DNA from: an uncultured Anaerolineales bacterium
GTDB taxonomy: Bacteria; Chloroflexota; Anaerolineae; UBA2200
Reading direction: 5' to 3'
Assembly (NCBI GenBank): GCA_964478725.1
Contig: CAYZKS010000007.1
Coordinates: 1-42,867, forward strand
Length of the DNA stretch: 42,867 nucleotides
The notes under the pieces were generated by a model. The model saw nothing but the letters and a program-made list of their open reading frames with translations, had not been told where the DNA came from and ran no database searches. Every line of letters starts with the position of its first letter. Position 1 is the first letter of the stretch. Both the position numbers and the translations under genes were made by a program. Positions 28,204 to 37,655 of this stretch are shown here, in pieces.

Positions 28204-28213
28204 ATGCGCGCTG

Positions 28214-28240
28214 TTAGCACTCTAAGTGTGAGAGTGCTAA
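28214..28240 (+). promoter_or_regulatory. CIRCE operator (HrcA binding site)
   Basis: TTAGCACTC-taagtgtga-GAGTGCTAA is a perfect match to the CIRCE consensus TTAGCACTC-N9-GAGTGCTAA. Confidence 0.9.
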
Positions 28241-28272
28241 ATATGAACAAAAATGCTGTAGGAGGTTTTGAG

Positions 28273-28575
28273 ATGGCGAGTGAAGTCAAGGATATCAAGC
28301 CTTTGGCAGACCGTGTGCTCGTAGAGCCTCTGGAGAAGGAAGAGACGACCGCAAGCGGCATCGTGCTTCCCGAGACTGCCAAGGAGAAGCCCCAGGAGGG
28401 CCTGGTTCTAGCGGTGGGCCCGGGGCGTCTGCAGGACGATGGCAAGCGTTCAGCCATGGAAGTCAAGGCCAAGGACAAGGTTCTGTATGCCAAGTACGCT
28501 GGCACGGAGCTGAAGCGGGGAGACAAGAAGTACCTGATTCTCAGTGAGAAGGACATCCTCGCCGTTCTGAAATAG
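28273..28575 (+). CDS. groES: Co-chaperonin GroES
   Basis: ATG 28273 with TAGGAGG upstream. [19 protein letters not shown]... is a typical Cpn10 sequence. Confidence 0.95.
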   Translation: MASEVKDIKPLADRVLVEPLEKEETTASGIVLPETAKEKPQEGLVLAVGPGRLQDDGKRSAMEVKAKDKVLYAKYAGTELKRGDKKYLILSEKDILAVLK

Positions 28576-28618
28576 CGGCGAGCAATCTTTGATAGCATTA
28601 TGCTAAGGAGGAACTGGA

Positions 28619-30247
28619 ATGGCTAAGCAGTTGGTATTTGCGGAAGAGGCCCGCCGCCGTTTGAAAGTGGGCGTTGACACGCTGGCAACCGCTGTGGTTT
28701 CTACCCTGGGCCCCAAGGGCCGCAATGTGGCCCTGGACAAGAAATTTGGTGCGCCGACCGTCACCCACGATGGCGTCACCGTGGCCAAGGAAATCGAGCT
28801 CAAGGACCCGTTCGAGAACATGGGCGCTCAGTTGCTGAAGGAAGCAGCCACCAAGACCAACGACGTCGCTGGCGATGGCACCACCACGGCAACGCTGTTG
28901 GCGCAGATGATCGTGAACGAGGGTCTGAAGAACGTCACGGCCGGCGCCAATCCCATGCTGATCAAGCGTGGCATCGAGAAAGCAACGGAGGTTGTAGTCG
29001 AGGCGATCAAGAAGATGTCTCGCGAGGTCAAGACCAAGGATGACGTCGCCCACGTGGCAGCCGTGTCTGCCGCTGACGAGAAGATTGGCAACCTGATTGC
29101 CGAAGTCATGGACAAGGTCGGCAAAGACGGCGTCATCACGGTCGAAGAATCCAAAGGGCTGGAGTTTGAGACCGAGTACGTCGAAGGCATGCAGCTGGAC
29201 CGTGGCTACATCTCGCCGTACTTCGTAACTAACCCGGAGCGCATGGAGGCCGTACTGGAGGATCCCTACATCCTCATTACCGACAAAAAGATCTCGGCAG
29301 TCGCCGACATCGTTCCGCTTCTGGAGAAGCTGGTGCAGATCGGCAAGCGTGAATTGCTGGTCATCGCCGAGGATATTGAAGGTGAAGCTCTGGCTACCCT
29401 GGTCCTGAACAAGCTGCGCGGCATGCTCAACTGCGTTGGCATCAAAGCGCCTGGATTCGGCGATCGCCGCAAGGAAATGCTGCGCGACATCGCGATCCTG
29501 ACTGGTGGTCAGGTGATCACCGAAGAAATGGGCCGCAAGCTCGAGACTACCACCATCAATGACTTGGGCAAGGCAGGCAAGATTGTTGCCACCAAAGACG
29601 ACACCACCATCGTGGACGGTCGTGGCTCCGAGAAGGAAATCAAGGGGCGTGTTGAGCAGATCAAGGCTCAGATCGAGGTTACGACCTCTGACTATGACAA
29701 GGAGAAACTGCAGGAGCGCCTGGCCAAGTTGGTCAGCGGCGTAGCAGTCATCCGTGTCGGTGCCGGCACCGAGGTGGAGCTGAAGGAGAAGAAGCACCGT
29801 GTTGAGGATGCGCTTTCCGCAACGCGTGCCGCAGTGGAAGAGGGCACCGTGCCCGGCGGCGGTGTGGCCCTGATCAATGCCATGTCGTCCCTGGACGGCA
29901 TGAAGCTGGACCTGCCGGATGAAATGACCGGCGTCACCATCGTGCGCTCTGCTCTTGAGGCACCCATGCGCATGATTGCCGAGAACGCCGGCAAGGACGG
30001 CGCGGTGATCGTTGAGGAAGTGCGGCGCCAGCAAAAGTCCAAGAAGAACACGGGAATTGGTTATGAGGTCATTTCCGGTCAGTTCAAGGACATGTACGAG
30101 GCGGGCATCACCGATCCCGTGAAGGTGACTAGATCCGCCGTGCAGAATGCGGCTTCCATCGCGGCCATGATTCTGACTACCGAGGCGTTGATCACGGACA
30201 TCCCGGAGAAGAAAGAGACTCCACCGCCTCCGATGCCAGAGTACTAG
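28619..30247 (+). CDS. groEL: Chaperonin GroEL
   Basis: 542 aa; [15 protein letters not shown]..., [12 protein letters not shown], and C-terminal PPPPMPEY. Confidence 0.97.
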   Translation: MAKQLVFAEEARRRLKVGVDTLATAVVSTLGPKGRNVALDKKFGAPTVTHDGVTVAKEIELKDPFENMGAQLLKEAATKTNDVAGDGTTTATLLAQMIVNEGLKNVTAGANPMLIKRGIEKATEVVVEAIKKMSREVKTKDDVAHVAAVSAADEKIGNLIAEVMDKVGKDGVITVEESKGLEFETEYVEGMQLDRGYISPYFVTNPERMEAVLEDPYILITDKKISAVADIVPLLEKLVQIGKRELLVIAEDIEGEALATLVLNKLRGMLNCVGIKAPGFGDRRKEMLRDIAILTGGQVITEEMGRKLETTTINDLGKAGKIVATKDDTTIVDGRGSEKEIKGRVEQIKAQIEVTTSDYDKEKLQERLAKLVSGVAVIRVGAGTEVELKEKKHRVEDALSATRAAVEEGTVPGGGVALINAMSSLDGMKLDLPDEMTGVTIVRSALEAPMRMIAENAGKDGAVIVEEVRRQQKSKKNTGIGYEVISGQFKDMYEAGITDPVKVTRSAVQNAASIAAMILTTEALITDIPEKKETPPPPMPEY

Positions 30248-30262
30248 AGCCCAGTGTCCCAA

Positions 30263-30296
30263 AAGAGCCCCTCGCCCGAGGGGCTCTTCTTCTTTC
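30263..30296 (+). terminator. Intrinsic terminator of groESL
   Basis: AAGAGCCCCTCG pairs with CGAGGGGCTCTT and is followed by CTTCTTTC. Confidence 0.7.
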
Positions 30297-30460
30297 ATCT
30301 ACGCACCGTTCGTGGTCCCCGCTGCCCTTGTAGGCGCGCGTCGCCAGTGAGGCCCGCACCCCAAATTCACGCCGAGTTAATCACCTCTTCACGCCACGAT
30401 TATGCAACCCACTGTACACTGGAGACAGCACGAAGCCAGATTGGCGTAGTTTGGAGAGCC

Positions 30461-32053
30461 ATGAACGGGAAGCATGTGGGCATTCGCATACTCGTTGTCG
30501 CTTTGTTGGTGACCAGCCTTGCCGGCTTGCCTGTCAGGGCGGATGACGAGGAGCCTCGGCATGGAATGGGCGTTCTCCTCTCTCCTCCTGGAGACTATCC
30601 CGTTCTCGATGCCCTCGTACACCCTCAGGCCCTGGCTTCGGCGGTGGACTTGAGCGCAGCCCTGCCGCCCGTGGGCGATCAGGGCATTGAGCCCACGTGC
30701 ACCCTCTGGGCTGTTGGCTACTATTACAAGACCCTTCAGGAGCAACGCGAGCGCGCCTGGGGTACAGCAACGAATGATCATCAATTCAGCCCGAGCTACC
30801 TGTACAGTCTCAGTGTTGGCTGTGGAGCTCTGCAGCCGGTAGCCATCCCAGCAGCAATGGAAGTGGTCAAGGCCCAAGGCGCAGCCACGATGGAAACCTT
30901 TCCTTTGCGCGGTTTTGGACAGTGCCGTGCGCCCACTGCCGAAGAACTGCAGGCTGCTCAGCCCTATCGAGCCCTGGGCTATGGCAACCTGTTCATGTTC
31001 CAGGGCAAGGCGGACATCAACCGCCTGAAAGCCCATCTTGCTGGCGGAGATGCCTTTGTACTCTCTGTTCCCGTCTACGACAGCTTCTACTTCTATCGCA
31101 GCCAGTCGCCAGTCATCGGTGTGCCCGCGGCCAGCGAGCGACTGTGGGGGCACCATGCCGTTGTCGTCGTTGGCTATGACGATAGTCTGGGGGCTTTCAA
31201 GCTGGTGAACTCCTGGGGCACGCGTTGGGGCAATGGGGGATTCGCCTACCTCTCATACGACTTTGTGCGAACCAAAGCCTGGGAAGCCTGGGCCATGCTA
31301 GATGCGACGAATACCACCCAGATGCCCGCGGTTACGGCCACTCCTCAACCTACAGCCGCGGTCACGCCTGTGCCGCCCACACCGACACCCGTCCAGCCTA
31401 CTCGGACGCCAATACCGCCTACGCCAACGCCTGTGCAGCCTACTCGGACGCCCGTACCACCCACGCCGACACCCCAGCCCACGCGCGTGGTGTCCACGCT
31501 GGTTCTGCAGCAGGGTTTGAGCAACTACCGTGGCGTGAGCGACAGCTTCCTCGACAACCGATTGCCCACCACGAACTTTGACGCAAGCCGGACGCTGCGT
31601 GTCAGCGGTAACGGCTCGGCCGTGGCCTTGCTGCGCTTCGACCTATCGGCTGTGCCGCCTGACGCAGAGATCCTGAACGCCAAGCTCGAGCTGTACGTAG
31701 ACGCTTCCGCGCAGAATTCGAGCCTGAACGCTTTCGAGATAGCGCGGCCATGGACGAGCAAGGAAGCCGACTGGTGGAAGGCTCAACACGGCTATCCCTG
31801 GGGCATAGCTGGGTGCAATGATCCCGCAACCGATCGGCTGTCGGTGCCTTTCGCGACAGTGGCGATGACGCCTGGCAAGGGATGGCGCAGCATTGACGTT
31901 ACAGAAGCAGTGCGACGCTGGGTTGCTGGCCAAGAAAACAACGGCTTGGTGCTGCGCGGCCAAGGTAGCAACAGCGCTACCTATTCCTTCCTCAGTTCGG
32001 AGCACACGTCCAGCACGGGGCACCCGAAGCTGACCATCAAGTACCAACGCTAG
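30461..32053 (+). CDS. Secreted papain-like (C1A) cysteine peptidase with PT-rich linker and C-terminal DNRLRE-type domain
   Basis: ATG 30461 ([27 protein letters not shown] signal peptide). Catalytic Cys context CTLWAVGYY, His [11 protein letters not shown], Asn/Trp [14 protein letters not shown]. The C-terminal domain begins [12 protein letters not shown]. Confidence 0.75.
   Translation: MNGKHVGIRILVVALLVTSLAGLPVRADDEEPRHGMGVLLSPPGDYPVLDALVHPQALASAVDLSAALPPVGDQGIEPTCTLWAVGYYYKTLQEQRERAWGTATNDHQFSPSYLYSLSVGCGALQPVAIPAAMEVVKAQGAATMETFPLRGFGQCRAPTAEELQAAQPYRALGYGNLFMFQGKADINRLKAHLAGGDAFVLSVPVYDSFYFYRSQSPVIGVPAASERLWGHHAVVVVGYDDSLGAFKLVNSWGTRWGNGGFAYLSYDFVRTKAWEAWAMLDATNTTQMPAVTATPQPTAAVTPVPPTPTPVQPTRTPIPPTPTPVQPTRTPVPPTPTPQPTRVVSTLVLQQGLSNYRGVSDSFLDNRLPTTNFDASRTLRVSGNGSAVALLRFDLSAVPPDAEILNAKLELYVDASAQNSSLNAFEIARPWTSKEADWWKAQHGYPWGIAGCNDPATDRLSVPFATVAMTPGKGWRSIDVTEAVRRWVAGQENNGLVLRGQGSNSATYSFLSSEHTSSTGHPKLTIKYQR
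31373..31480 (+). repeat. Tandem 42-nt coding repeat (about 2.5 copies) in the peptidase linker
   Basis: CAGCCTACTCGGACGCC recurs at 31394 and 31436. It encodes [13 protein letters not shown](I/V) twice plus a partial third unit. Confidence 0.8.
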
Positions 32054-32082
32054 CCGGCGCTGATCCCCCCATCCGCAAGGCG

Positions 32083-32114
32083 GCAGAAACCACCCCTCTC
32101 AGGGTGGTTTCTGC
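32083..32114. terminator. Bidirectional terminator hairpin between convergent genes
   Basis: GCAGAAACCACCC (32083-32095), loop ctctca, GGGTGGTTTCTGC (32102-32114). Confidence 0.6.
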
Positions 32115-32149
32115 TGTCTAGCAACATTGAGCAACCACGGCAGTGCGAT

Positions 32150-32833
32150 CTATCTGCCCGCCTCATCGGCCGCCAGCGTCTCCCGCACCTGGCGCATGGC
32201 TGTCTCGACGTGAGGGTAGACCAGCCAGATCCAGGCGACGCCGAAGAGACTCCCTGACACCACGCGGCTCCAGGGTGTGCTCTCCCAGGAACCCAGCAAC
32301 TGCCCCAGGCCGTCTACGAGCATGGGCACGCACATGGCCGCGAATCCTCTCCAAGACAGCGGCCGCAGGCGATGGCGGACCAGGGCAAAGACCGTACCAG
32401 CCAAGAGCATGGCCAGATAGATGGCAACATCTCGTTGACATACCGCCATCTTGAAACCAATCGCCGTGTTCCCTATATAGCGCAGAGGAACATCGGGACC
32501 CAGCAGCAGCTTCAGTTCGTCCAGCGTGTAGGCAAGGCGTGGCCCAAACAGGAAGAAGGAGCGCTCTGGCAATTGGTGGCAGGATAGTCCCAGGGCGGCG
32601 TAGATGAAGCGTGCTATGCGCACATGACCCGTAAACATGAACACAGGAGCTAGGATCGGCACAAGAGCGAATACGCCAATGGCGGTGTTGAACAGGAGGA
32701 GCCAGTGCCAGGATATCGCATGCACGATGCGGCTGAGGACAGCTGTGACAAGGGGCGTCCAGCGTGCTAAACTAGCCGGGCGGGCCGCAGACGGGTCCTG
32801 CAGGCCTGGCATGGTTGTAGGCAGCTTCGTCAC
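32150..32833 (-). CDS. DUF2085-family integral membrane protein
   Basis: Motifs CHQLPERSFF and CQRDVAIYL are typical of DUF2085, and there are 5-6 TM segments. GTG 32833 overlaps the ccmD stop (GTGA). An internal ATG 21 nt downstream is an alternative start. Confidence 0.65.
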   Translation of the reverse strand: MTKLPTTMPGLQDPSAARPASLARWTPLVTAVLSRIVHAISWHWLLLFNTAIGVFALVPILAPVFMFTGHVRIARFIYAALGLSCHQLPERSFFLFGPRLAYTLDELKLLLGPDVPLRYIGNTAIGFKMAVCQRDVAIYLAMLLAGTVFALVRHRLRPLSWRGFAAMCVPMLVDGLGQLLGSWESTPWSRVVSGSLFGVAWIWLVYPHVETAMRQVRETLAADEAGR

Positions 32834-32982
32834 TCCTCTGCCTGCTCCCGCTCAACAGCTCGGCGCAGCGCCTGGATGTCGCGCTCCAGAGCGTGTTGTT
32901 TACGCGCAATGCTGTACAGGTAACCGAAAAGCATTGCCCACAGGAAGACATAGGCAGCAACCAGGTATGCGGTGTTGCTCAC
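32830..32982 (-). CDS. ccmD: CcmD-family small membrane protein (50 aa; not in the ORF track)
   Basis: My own translation: MSNTAYLVAAYVFLWAMLFGYLYSIARKQHALERDIQALRRAVEREQAEE. One TM followed by a charged helix, as in CcmD/CcmD_alt proteins. GTG 32982 overlaps the ccmC stop (GTGA), with AAGGGGG 6 nt upstream. Its stop overlaps the next start. Confidence 0.6.
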   Translation of the reverse strand: MSNTAYLVAAYVFLWAMLFGYLYSIARKQHALERDIQALRRAVEREQAEE

Positions 32983-33692
32983 TCCAAACCCCCTTCATCT
33001 GCGTGAGGCAATGTGGACCAGTGTCGCTGCAACGTACTGATCTCGGTCTCCAAGACTCCCACGCGCACGCGAATTGCCAACACGCAGGCGTAGAGTAGCG
33101 TCAACGCGAGCACGGACATCCCCAGGGTCAGCAGCATGCTCGGCTCCAGTGCAAACCCGCTGCTGGTGAAAAGCACAGGATGAATGGTTGTCCACAAACG
33201 AATGGCCAAGAATACCAGTGGCACATTCACAAAGCCGATGATGTACAAGACCGCGCTGAAGCGCGCCTGTCGCTCCGGAGTCTCTACCAGGCCGCGCAGC
33301 ATTGACGCCGCCACGTAGTAGAGCCACATGACCAGTGTGGTGGTGAGACGTGGGTCCCATGTCCACCAGGTGTTCCAGATGGGCCTCGCCCACAGCGAAC
33401 CTGTCACCAGTGCAATGGTGCTAAAGACCACACCCAGCTCAGCCGAAGCTACCTGCACTGCATCAAGTCGCCAATCAAAGCGTAGCAGGTAGTACAGGCC
33501 TGCCGCGGCAGCCACCAGGAAGGCAAGGAATGCGACCCAGGCTGAAGGTACATGAAAGTAGAAGATGCGTTGCACAGGCCCCATGATTTGCTCGTTGGGC
33601 ACGTATCCGAAGACAAGCCAGAGGCTCGCCGCCATGCTGAGCGCGCTCAATCCGATCAGGACAAAAAGCCTGCAGTCTCTCCGTTGGCTCAT
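32979..33692 (-). CDS. ccmC: Heme exporter/handling protein CcmC
   Basis: WWD-type tryptophan-rich motif WARPIWNTWWTWDPRLT; 6 TM. Confidence 0.9.
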   Translation of the reverse strand: MSQRRDCRLFVLIGLSALSMAASLWLVFGYVPNEQIMGPVQRIFYFHVPSAWVAFLAFLVAAAAGLYYLLRFDWRLDAVQVASAELGVVFSTIALVTGSLWARPIWNTWWTWDPRLTTTLVMWLYYVAASMLRGLVETPERQARFSAVLYIIGFVNVPLVFLAIRLWTTIHPVLFTSSGFALEPSMLLTLGMSVLALTLLYACVLAIRVRVGVLETEISTLQRHWSTLPHADEGGLE

Positions 33693-33695
33693 GGC

Positions 33696-34367
33696 CTACT
33701 CCTCAATCACGTACTCAAACCCCAGGAATGCCAAGAGGGTAAAGATGATGTCAAAGCCCAGCATCAGGCGCAGCCATACGAATGCCTCGGATAGTCGCTG
33801 GCCATCCAAAACCTGGCCAGTTGCCTTGACCGCAGCAATGATTAGTGGTACGGTGATGGGGAAGAGCAGCAGGGGAAGAATCACCTCCCTCGCGCGTGTA
33901 CTAACGGCCATGACCGCGAAAAGCGTGCCCACCGCGCACAGTCCCAGCGTGCCCAGAAGGATCACAAGCCACAGGGCAGGGTTCAGGACCGGCACGTCGA
34001 ACAGTGCAGCGAAGATGGGCAATACGCACATCTCCGCAAGCGACATGAAGACGACGTTGCCCAGCATTTTGCCCACATAGATCATGCTGCGATCTGCCGC
34101 CGCGAGCATTAGCCCTTCTATGCACGCGTTCTCTCTCTCCAACGCAAAAGAGCGATTGAAGCCTAGCATCCCTGCGAAGGCAAAAGCCACCCACAGTATG
34201 CCTGGGGCAATCTCTCGGGCGTTGTCCGATCGCAGCTCCAGAGCAAAGTTGAAGATGATAATCACGAGCAGGGCAAAAACAAGCATGGCTCCCAGCGCTT
34301 CCTTGGTGCGCATTTCGGTAGCCACATCTTTGACGACGACGTTCAACGCATCGCGCCAATCGGTCAT
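33696..34367 (-). CDS. ccmB: Heme exporter protein CcmB
   Basis: Polytopic roughly 220-aa ABC-2-type membrane protein between ccmA and ccmC. ATGA overlap with ccmA. Confidence 0.85.
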   Translation of the reverse strand: MTDWRDALNVVVKDVATEMRTKEALGAMLVFALLVIIIFNFALELRSDNAREIAPGILWVAFAFAGMLGFNRSFALERENACIEGLMLAAADRSMIYVGKMLGNVVFMSLAEMCVLPIFAALFDVPVLNPALWLVILLGTLGLCAVGTLFAVMAVSTRAREVILPLLLFPITVPLIIAAVKATGQVLDGQRLSEAFVWLRLMLGFDIIFTLLAFLGFEYVIEE

Positions 34368-35113
34368 GTGCGGCTCCGCGTGCGCTCGAGGTAGGTGGCG
34401 AGGAGTTGTTCCCGCGACAGGGTCTGTGTGCAGGCTTCGTATACGATCTTGCCTGCCACAAGGAGCGCTACTTGGTCGGTCGCCTGCACGCTACGCTCCA
34501 AGTCGTGCGTCGTCATCAGGATGGTGCTACCCTTCATGCGCAGATCTCGCAGGATGCCGGTGAGCGCATCTGCAGCGCGCTGATCCAGGCACGCATAGGG
34601 TTCATCCCACAACAGGATCTTGGGACGATGGAGCAGGGCGCGAGCGAGGGATAGGCGCTGCTGCATGCCACGCGAGAGGGTACGCGCCAAGTTGTCCCGC
34701 TGCTCAGCCAACCCAAATTGCTCCAGTAGCTCGACCACGCGCTGCTCGAGATCGGGCACGCGGTACATCCGCCCGTAGAAACGCAGATTCTCAAAGGACG
34801 ATAGCTCCCCATACAGGTACGTCTGGTGCGAGACAAAGCCGATGCGTTGGCGGATGGACTGGTCAAAGCGCAGCAGGTCGAGGCCATCCACGCGCACCCT
34901 GCCTCCAGACGGGCGGCTCAACGTGGCCAGGATGCGTAGTAGGGTCGTCTTGCCCGCGCCGTTCGGGCCGAGGATGGTCACGGAGCTACCATAGGGTACA
35001 TGCAGCTTGACTCCGCGCAGCACAGCAGTGTGGCCCCAGTTCTTGCTCAGGCCTTCAACCTCAACGGCGTAGCAGGCCTTTGATTCAGAGGTCACTGAGG
35101 CACTCATATTCAT
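34364..35113 (-). CDS. ccmA: Cytochrome c biogenesis ABC ATPase CcmA
   Basis: ATG 35113 overlaps the ccmF stop (ATGA). Walker A GPNGAGKTT, signature LSRGMQQRLS, Walker B ILLWDEP. Confidence 0.85.
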   Translation of the reverse strand: MNMSASVTSESKACYAVEVEGLSKNWGHTAVLRGVKLHVPYGSSVTILGPNGAGKTTLLRILATLSRPSGGRVRVDGLDLLRFDQSIRQRIGFVSHQTYLYGELSSFENLRFYGRMYRVPDLEQRVVELLEQFGLAEQRDNLARTLSRGMQQRLSLARALLHRPKILLWDEPYACLDQRAADALTGILRDLRMKGSTILMTTHDLERSVQATDQVALLVAGKIVYEACTQTLSREQLLATYLERTRSRT

Positions 35114-37080
35114 CGCGGTGGGTCCGGCCACAGAGCGACAAGAGTGCCCAGAAACAGCAGGCCGCCGCCCACCCACAGCCAGATGATCAGAGGGAAGACG
35201 CTGACTCGGAAGATAGCAGTATCGTCCTCGTTCAGGACGTCAAGCGCGATGTAGAGATCTTCGCGCAGTGTGCTGAGGATGGCGACCTCGGTGGACAACT
35301 CCTGTCTGTTGAGATACAGGTCCTTCTCCGGCCTAAGGGCGCCTGTGCGGGTTGTCCCCTGGTAGATGCCCATGGTAGCCACAAAGCGATGCTTCCCGAT
35401 GTCGCTCAGCACGCTCAGGTTCTCATAGACCAACGTATAGCCCTTGACTGTGCCGGCCTCGCCAGGCGCCAAGATGAGCCTGCTCTCGGTCTTGAATGCA
35501 GCAGAGCCGACAATGCCCACACCCATGAGCAGGATCGCCAGATGCACCAGTCGCGCGCCGTAGCGGCGCCGTCCGGACCGAGAAAGGCCCCAGGCCGCGC
35601 CAGCCAGACTCTCATGACGCAGTCGACTGCGCCTCCAAGCGCTGTGCACGAACTCGGCCACGATGCTGCCAGTAGCGAGAGCGATAAGAACGAACGCCAA
35701 CAGTGCGTGGGGCTGGCGCACCCCCAACACGAACAACACAATACCTAGGGCGACTGCCACGACGACAGGGTAACGCAGGGCCCGAAGCAACTGACGAGGG
35801 GAGGTCACGCTCCATCTCAGCACCGTGCACAGGGCGATCAGGAAAACCAGACTCAGGGCCAGGGGGCCGAAGACGCGGTTATAGAACGCGTTGTCGAGGT
35901 ACATCTGTACGCCCTGTAGAAGCTGAAGCAGCGTTGGAAAGATCATCCCTAGCAGGATAGCGGCGGCCAAGCCGATCAGGAGCAGATTCGTGAGCAGCAG
36001 AGCCGATTCACGACTCAACAGATGCTCGCCTTCCCGCTCGTCGATCAAGCTATGCCATCGCCATCTGAGAAGGCAGATGGCGACAGCCATGCTGCATAGG
36101 ATGAGGCCGAGGAGATAGAACGCCACGGGCTGGATGCTGCTTGAGAAGCCATGCAGTGGGGAGACGATAATGCCTCCCCTGGTCACAAGCGTGGCGAAGA
36201 TACACAATGTGAATGCAGCGATGGCCAGGGCAGCGCTCCAGCGCTTGAAGGTCCCGTGTCGAGCCTCAGCCAGGAGCGCATGCAGGTACGCAGTTCCGAC
36301 AAGCCATGGCACCAGCGAAGCGTTCTCCACCGGATCCCACGACCAATACCCACCCCATCCCAGCTCGACATAGGCCCACCATGCCCCGATGAGAATACCC
36401 AGACCCAAGAATAGCCATGCCATCAGACTCCACTGCCGCAATGGTGACTGACGCATCGCGAGCCGGAGGGCGGAGGCATCGCTCCCCTCAAGCCCAGCCA
36501 TCAATCCGGCCAGGCTGAAGGCAAAGGGAACGGCGTACAGCGCGTAGCCCAGAAACAGGATCGGAGGATGGATCAGCATGCCCGGATTCAGTAACGCAGG
36601 CAACAGTCCCGCCCCCTCCAGGGGGCGTGCGACGTGCAGTACAAATGGATTGTGCACGCTAATGAGGATCAGCGCAAAGACTCCCTGAACGCTCATTAGA
36701 ATAGCCATGGCATAAGACCATTGTGTGGCGGGCCAGCGAGGCTTCTGAAGCAGGGTCATCGCTGTGATGATCGCAAGGAAGAGCAGCCAGAGCAGGAAAG
36801 AGCCTTCTTCACCGGCCCAAAGTGCGGAAACGACGTAGGCTATCGGCTGAGTACTACTGGTATGCGCGTAGACATACTGCACCTGAAAGTCCCGCGAGAG
36901 CAACAGCCATAGCAGGATGAGAGTGGAGGCCGCTACTGCGGCGCCCGCAAAGAGCGCGGTGCTCTGAGCGAATCCAACCCATCGGGACTGGCGAGCTCGC
37001 ACCCCCCAGCCAAAAGCAAGCGCGCTACAGACAGAGGACACCAGGGCAAGCAGCAAGGCGATGAAGCCGGCCTGGGCCAT
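35110..37080 (-). CDS. ccmF: Cytochrome c-type biogenesis protein CcmF (heme lyase component)
   Basis: 656 aa, polytopic, with the WWD motif WWAYVELGWGGYWSWDPVENASLVPWL. Confidence 0.9.
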   Translation of the reverse strand: MAQAGFIALLLALVSSVCSALAFGWGVRARQSRWVGFAQSTALFAGAAVAASTLILLWLLLSRDFQVQYVYAHTSSTQPIAYVVSALWAGEEGSFLLWLLFLAIITAMTLLQKPRWPATQWSYAMAILMSVQGVFALILISVHNPFVLHVARPLEGAGLLPALLNPGMLIHPPILFLGYALYAVPFAFSLAGLMAGLEGSDASALRLAMRQSPLRQWSLMAWLFLGLGILIGAWWAYVELGWGGYWSWDPVENASLVPWLVGTAYLHALLAEARHGTFKRWSAALAIAAFTLCIFATLVTRGGIIVSPLHGFSSSIQPVAFYLLGLILCSMAVAICLLRWRWHSLIDEREGEHLLSRESALLLTNLLLIGLAAAILLGMIFPTLLQLLQGVQMYLDNAFYNRVFGPLALSLVFLIALCTVLRWSVTSPRQLLRALRYPVVVAVALGIVLFVLGVRQPHALLAFVLIALATGSIVAEFVHSAWRRSRLRHESLAGAAWGLSRSGRRRYGARLVHLAILLMGVGIVGSAAFKTESRLILAPGEAGTVKGYTLVYENLSVLSDIGKHRFVATMGIYQGTTRTGALRPEKDLYLNRQELSTEVAILSTLREDLYIALDVLNEDDTAIFRVSVFPLIIWLWVGGGLLFLGTLVALWPDPPR

Positions 37081-37100
37081 TGTCTTTGCTCCTCCTGCCT

Positions 37101-37535
37101 CTAGTGGTCGGCAGTCTGAGTGGCTGCAGCCTCATACTTGGAGGGACATTTGAGTAGCAGCTTGGAGGCGACAAATACGCCAGTGTCCTGGCACTTGCCT
37201 TCTACCAAGGCCTGGGCGCCGTCGCGAAACATGTCGGGACGAGCTCCATGATACACGACCTCTAGGGCCTCTTGACCGTCCACCAGGCTGAATTCGAGGA
37301 CCTGTTTCTGGGCGTCCCAAGCGATGGAAGGTCCATCCACCGTTCCCCCCACGCGCACACCTTGTCCATAGGCATCGGATCCACGCGCTTTCAGCTCATG
37401 AATGCTCAAGGCATAGACGGTGGCGCCTCTGGTACTGCTCGCAACCAGGTAGACGATGGTCAGCACAATGATGCCGCTGCCTCCTAGCCTGCGCCAGCGC
37501 TTTGAGTGAGTTGTGGCCTGGTATTGGGTCGTCAT
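37101..37535 (-). CDS. ccmE: Heme chaperone CcmE, Cys-variant (CxxxY)
   Basis: N-terminal TM anchor and OB-fold region (VRVGGTV...FSLVDG...VVYHGARPDMFRDGAQALVEG). The C-terminal LLLKCPSKYE sits where canonical CcmE has H-x-x-x-Y. The start is uncertain (ATG 37535 versus GTG 37613). Confidence 0.8.
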   Translation of the reverse strand: MTTQYQATTHSKRWRRLGGSGIIVLTIVYLVASSTRGATVYALSIHELKARGSDAYGQGVRVGGTVDGPSIAWDAQKQVLEFSLVDGQEALEVVYHGARPDMFRDGAQALVEGKCQDTGVFVASKLLLKCPSKYEAAATQTADH

Positions 37536-37655
37536 GACTGGGATCGCCTTCTCGATCCGTTGGATGCGCTTCTGGGAGCGGACTCGGTTGCATCTCAAGA
37601 CTGTGTAGAGCACTGTGGGGCGCTCTCCGCAGAGCAGATCAGCGCTGAGAAGCGG

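Noticed and set aside
28598-30298. 566-aa ORF on the minus strand
   Set aside because: It is exactly antisense to groEL, whose identity is unambiguous. Its composition is low-complexity (Leu/Gly/His/Asp-rich) and it has no RBS. This is a typical long antisense ORF in GC-rich DNA.
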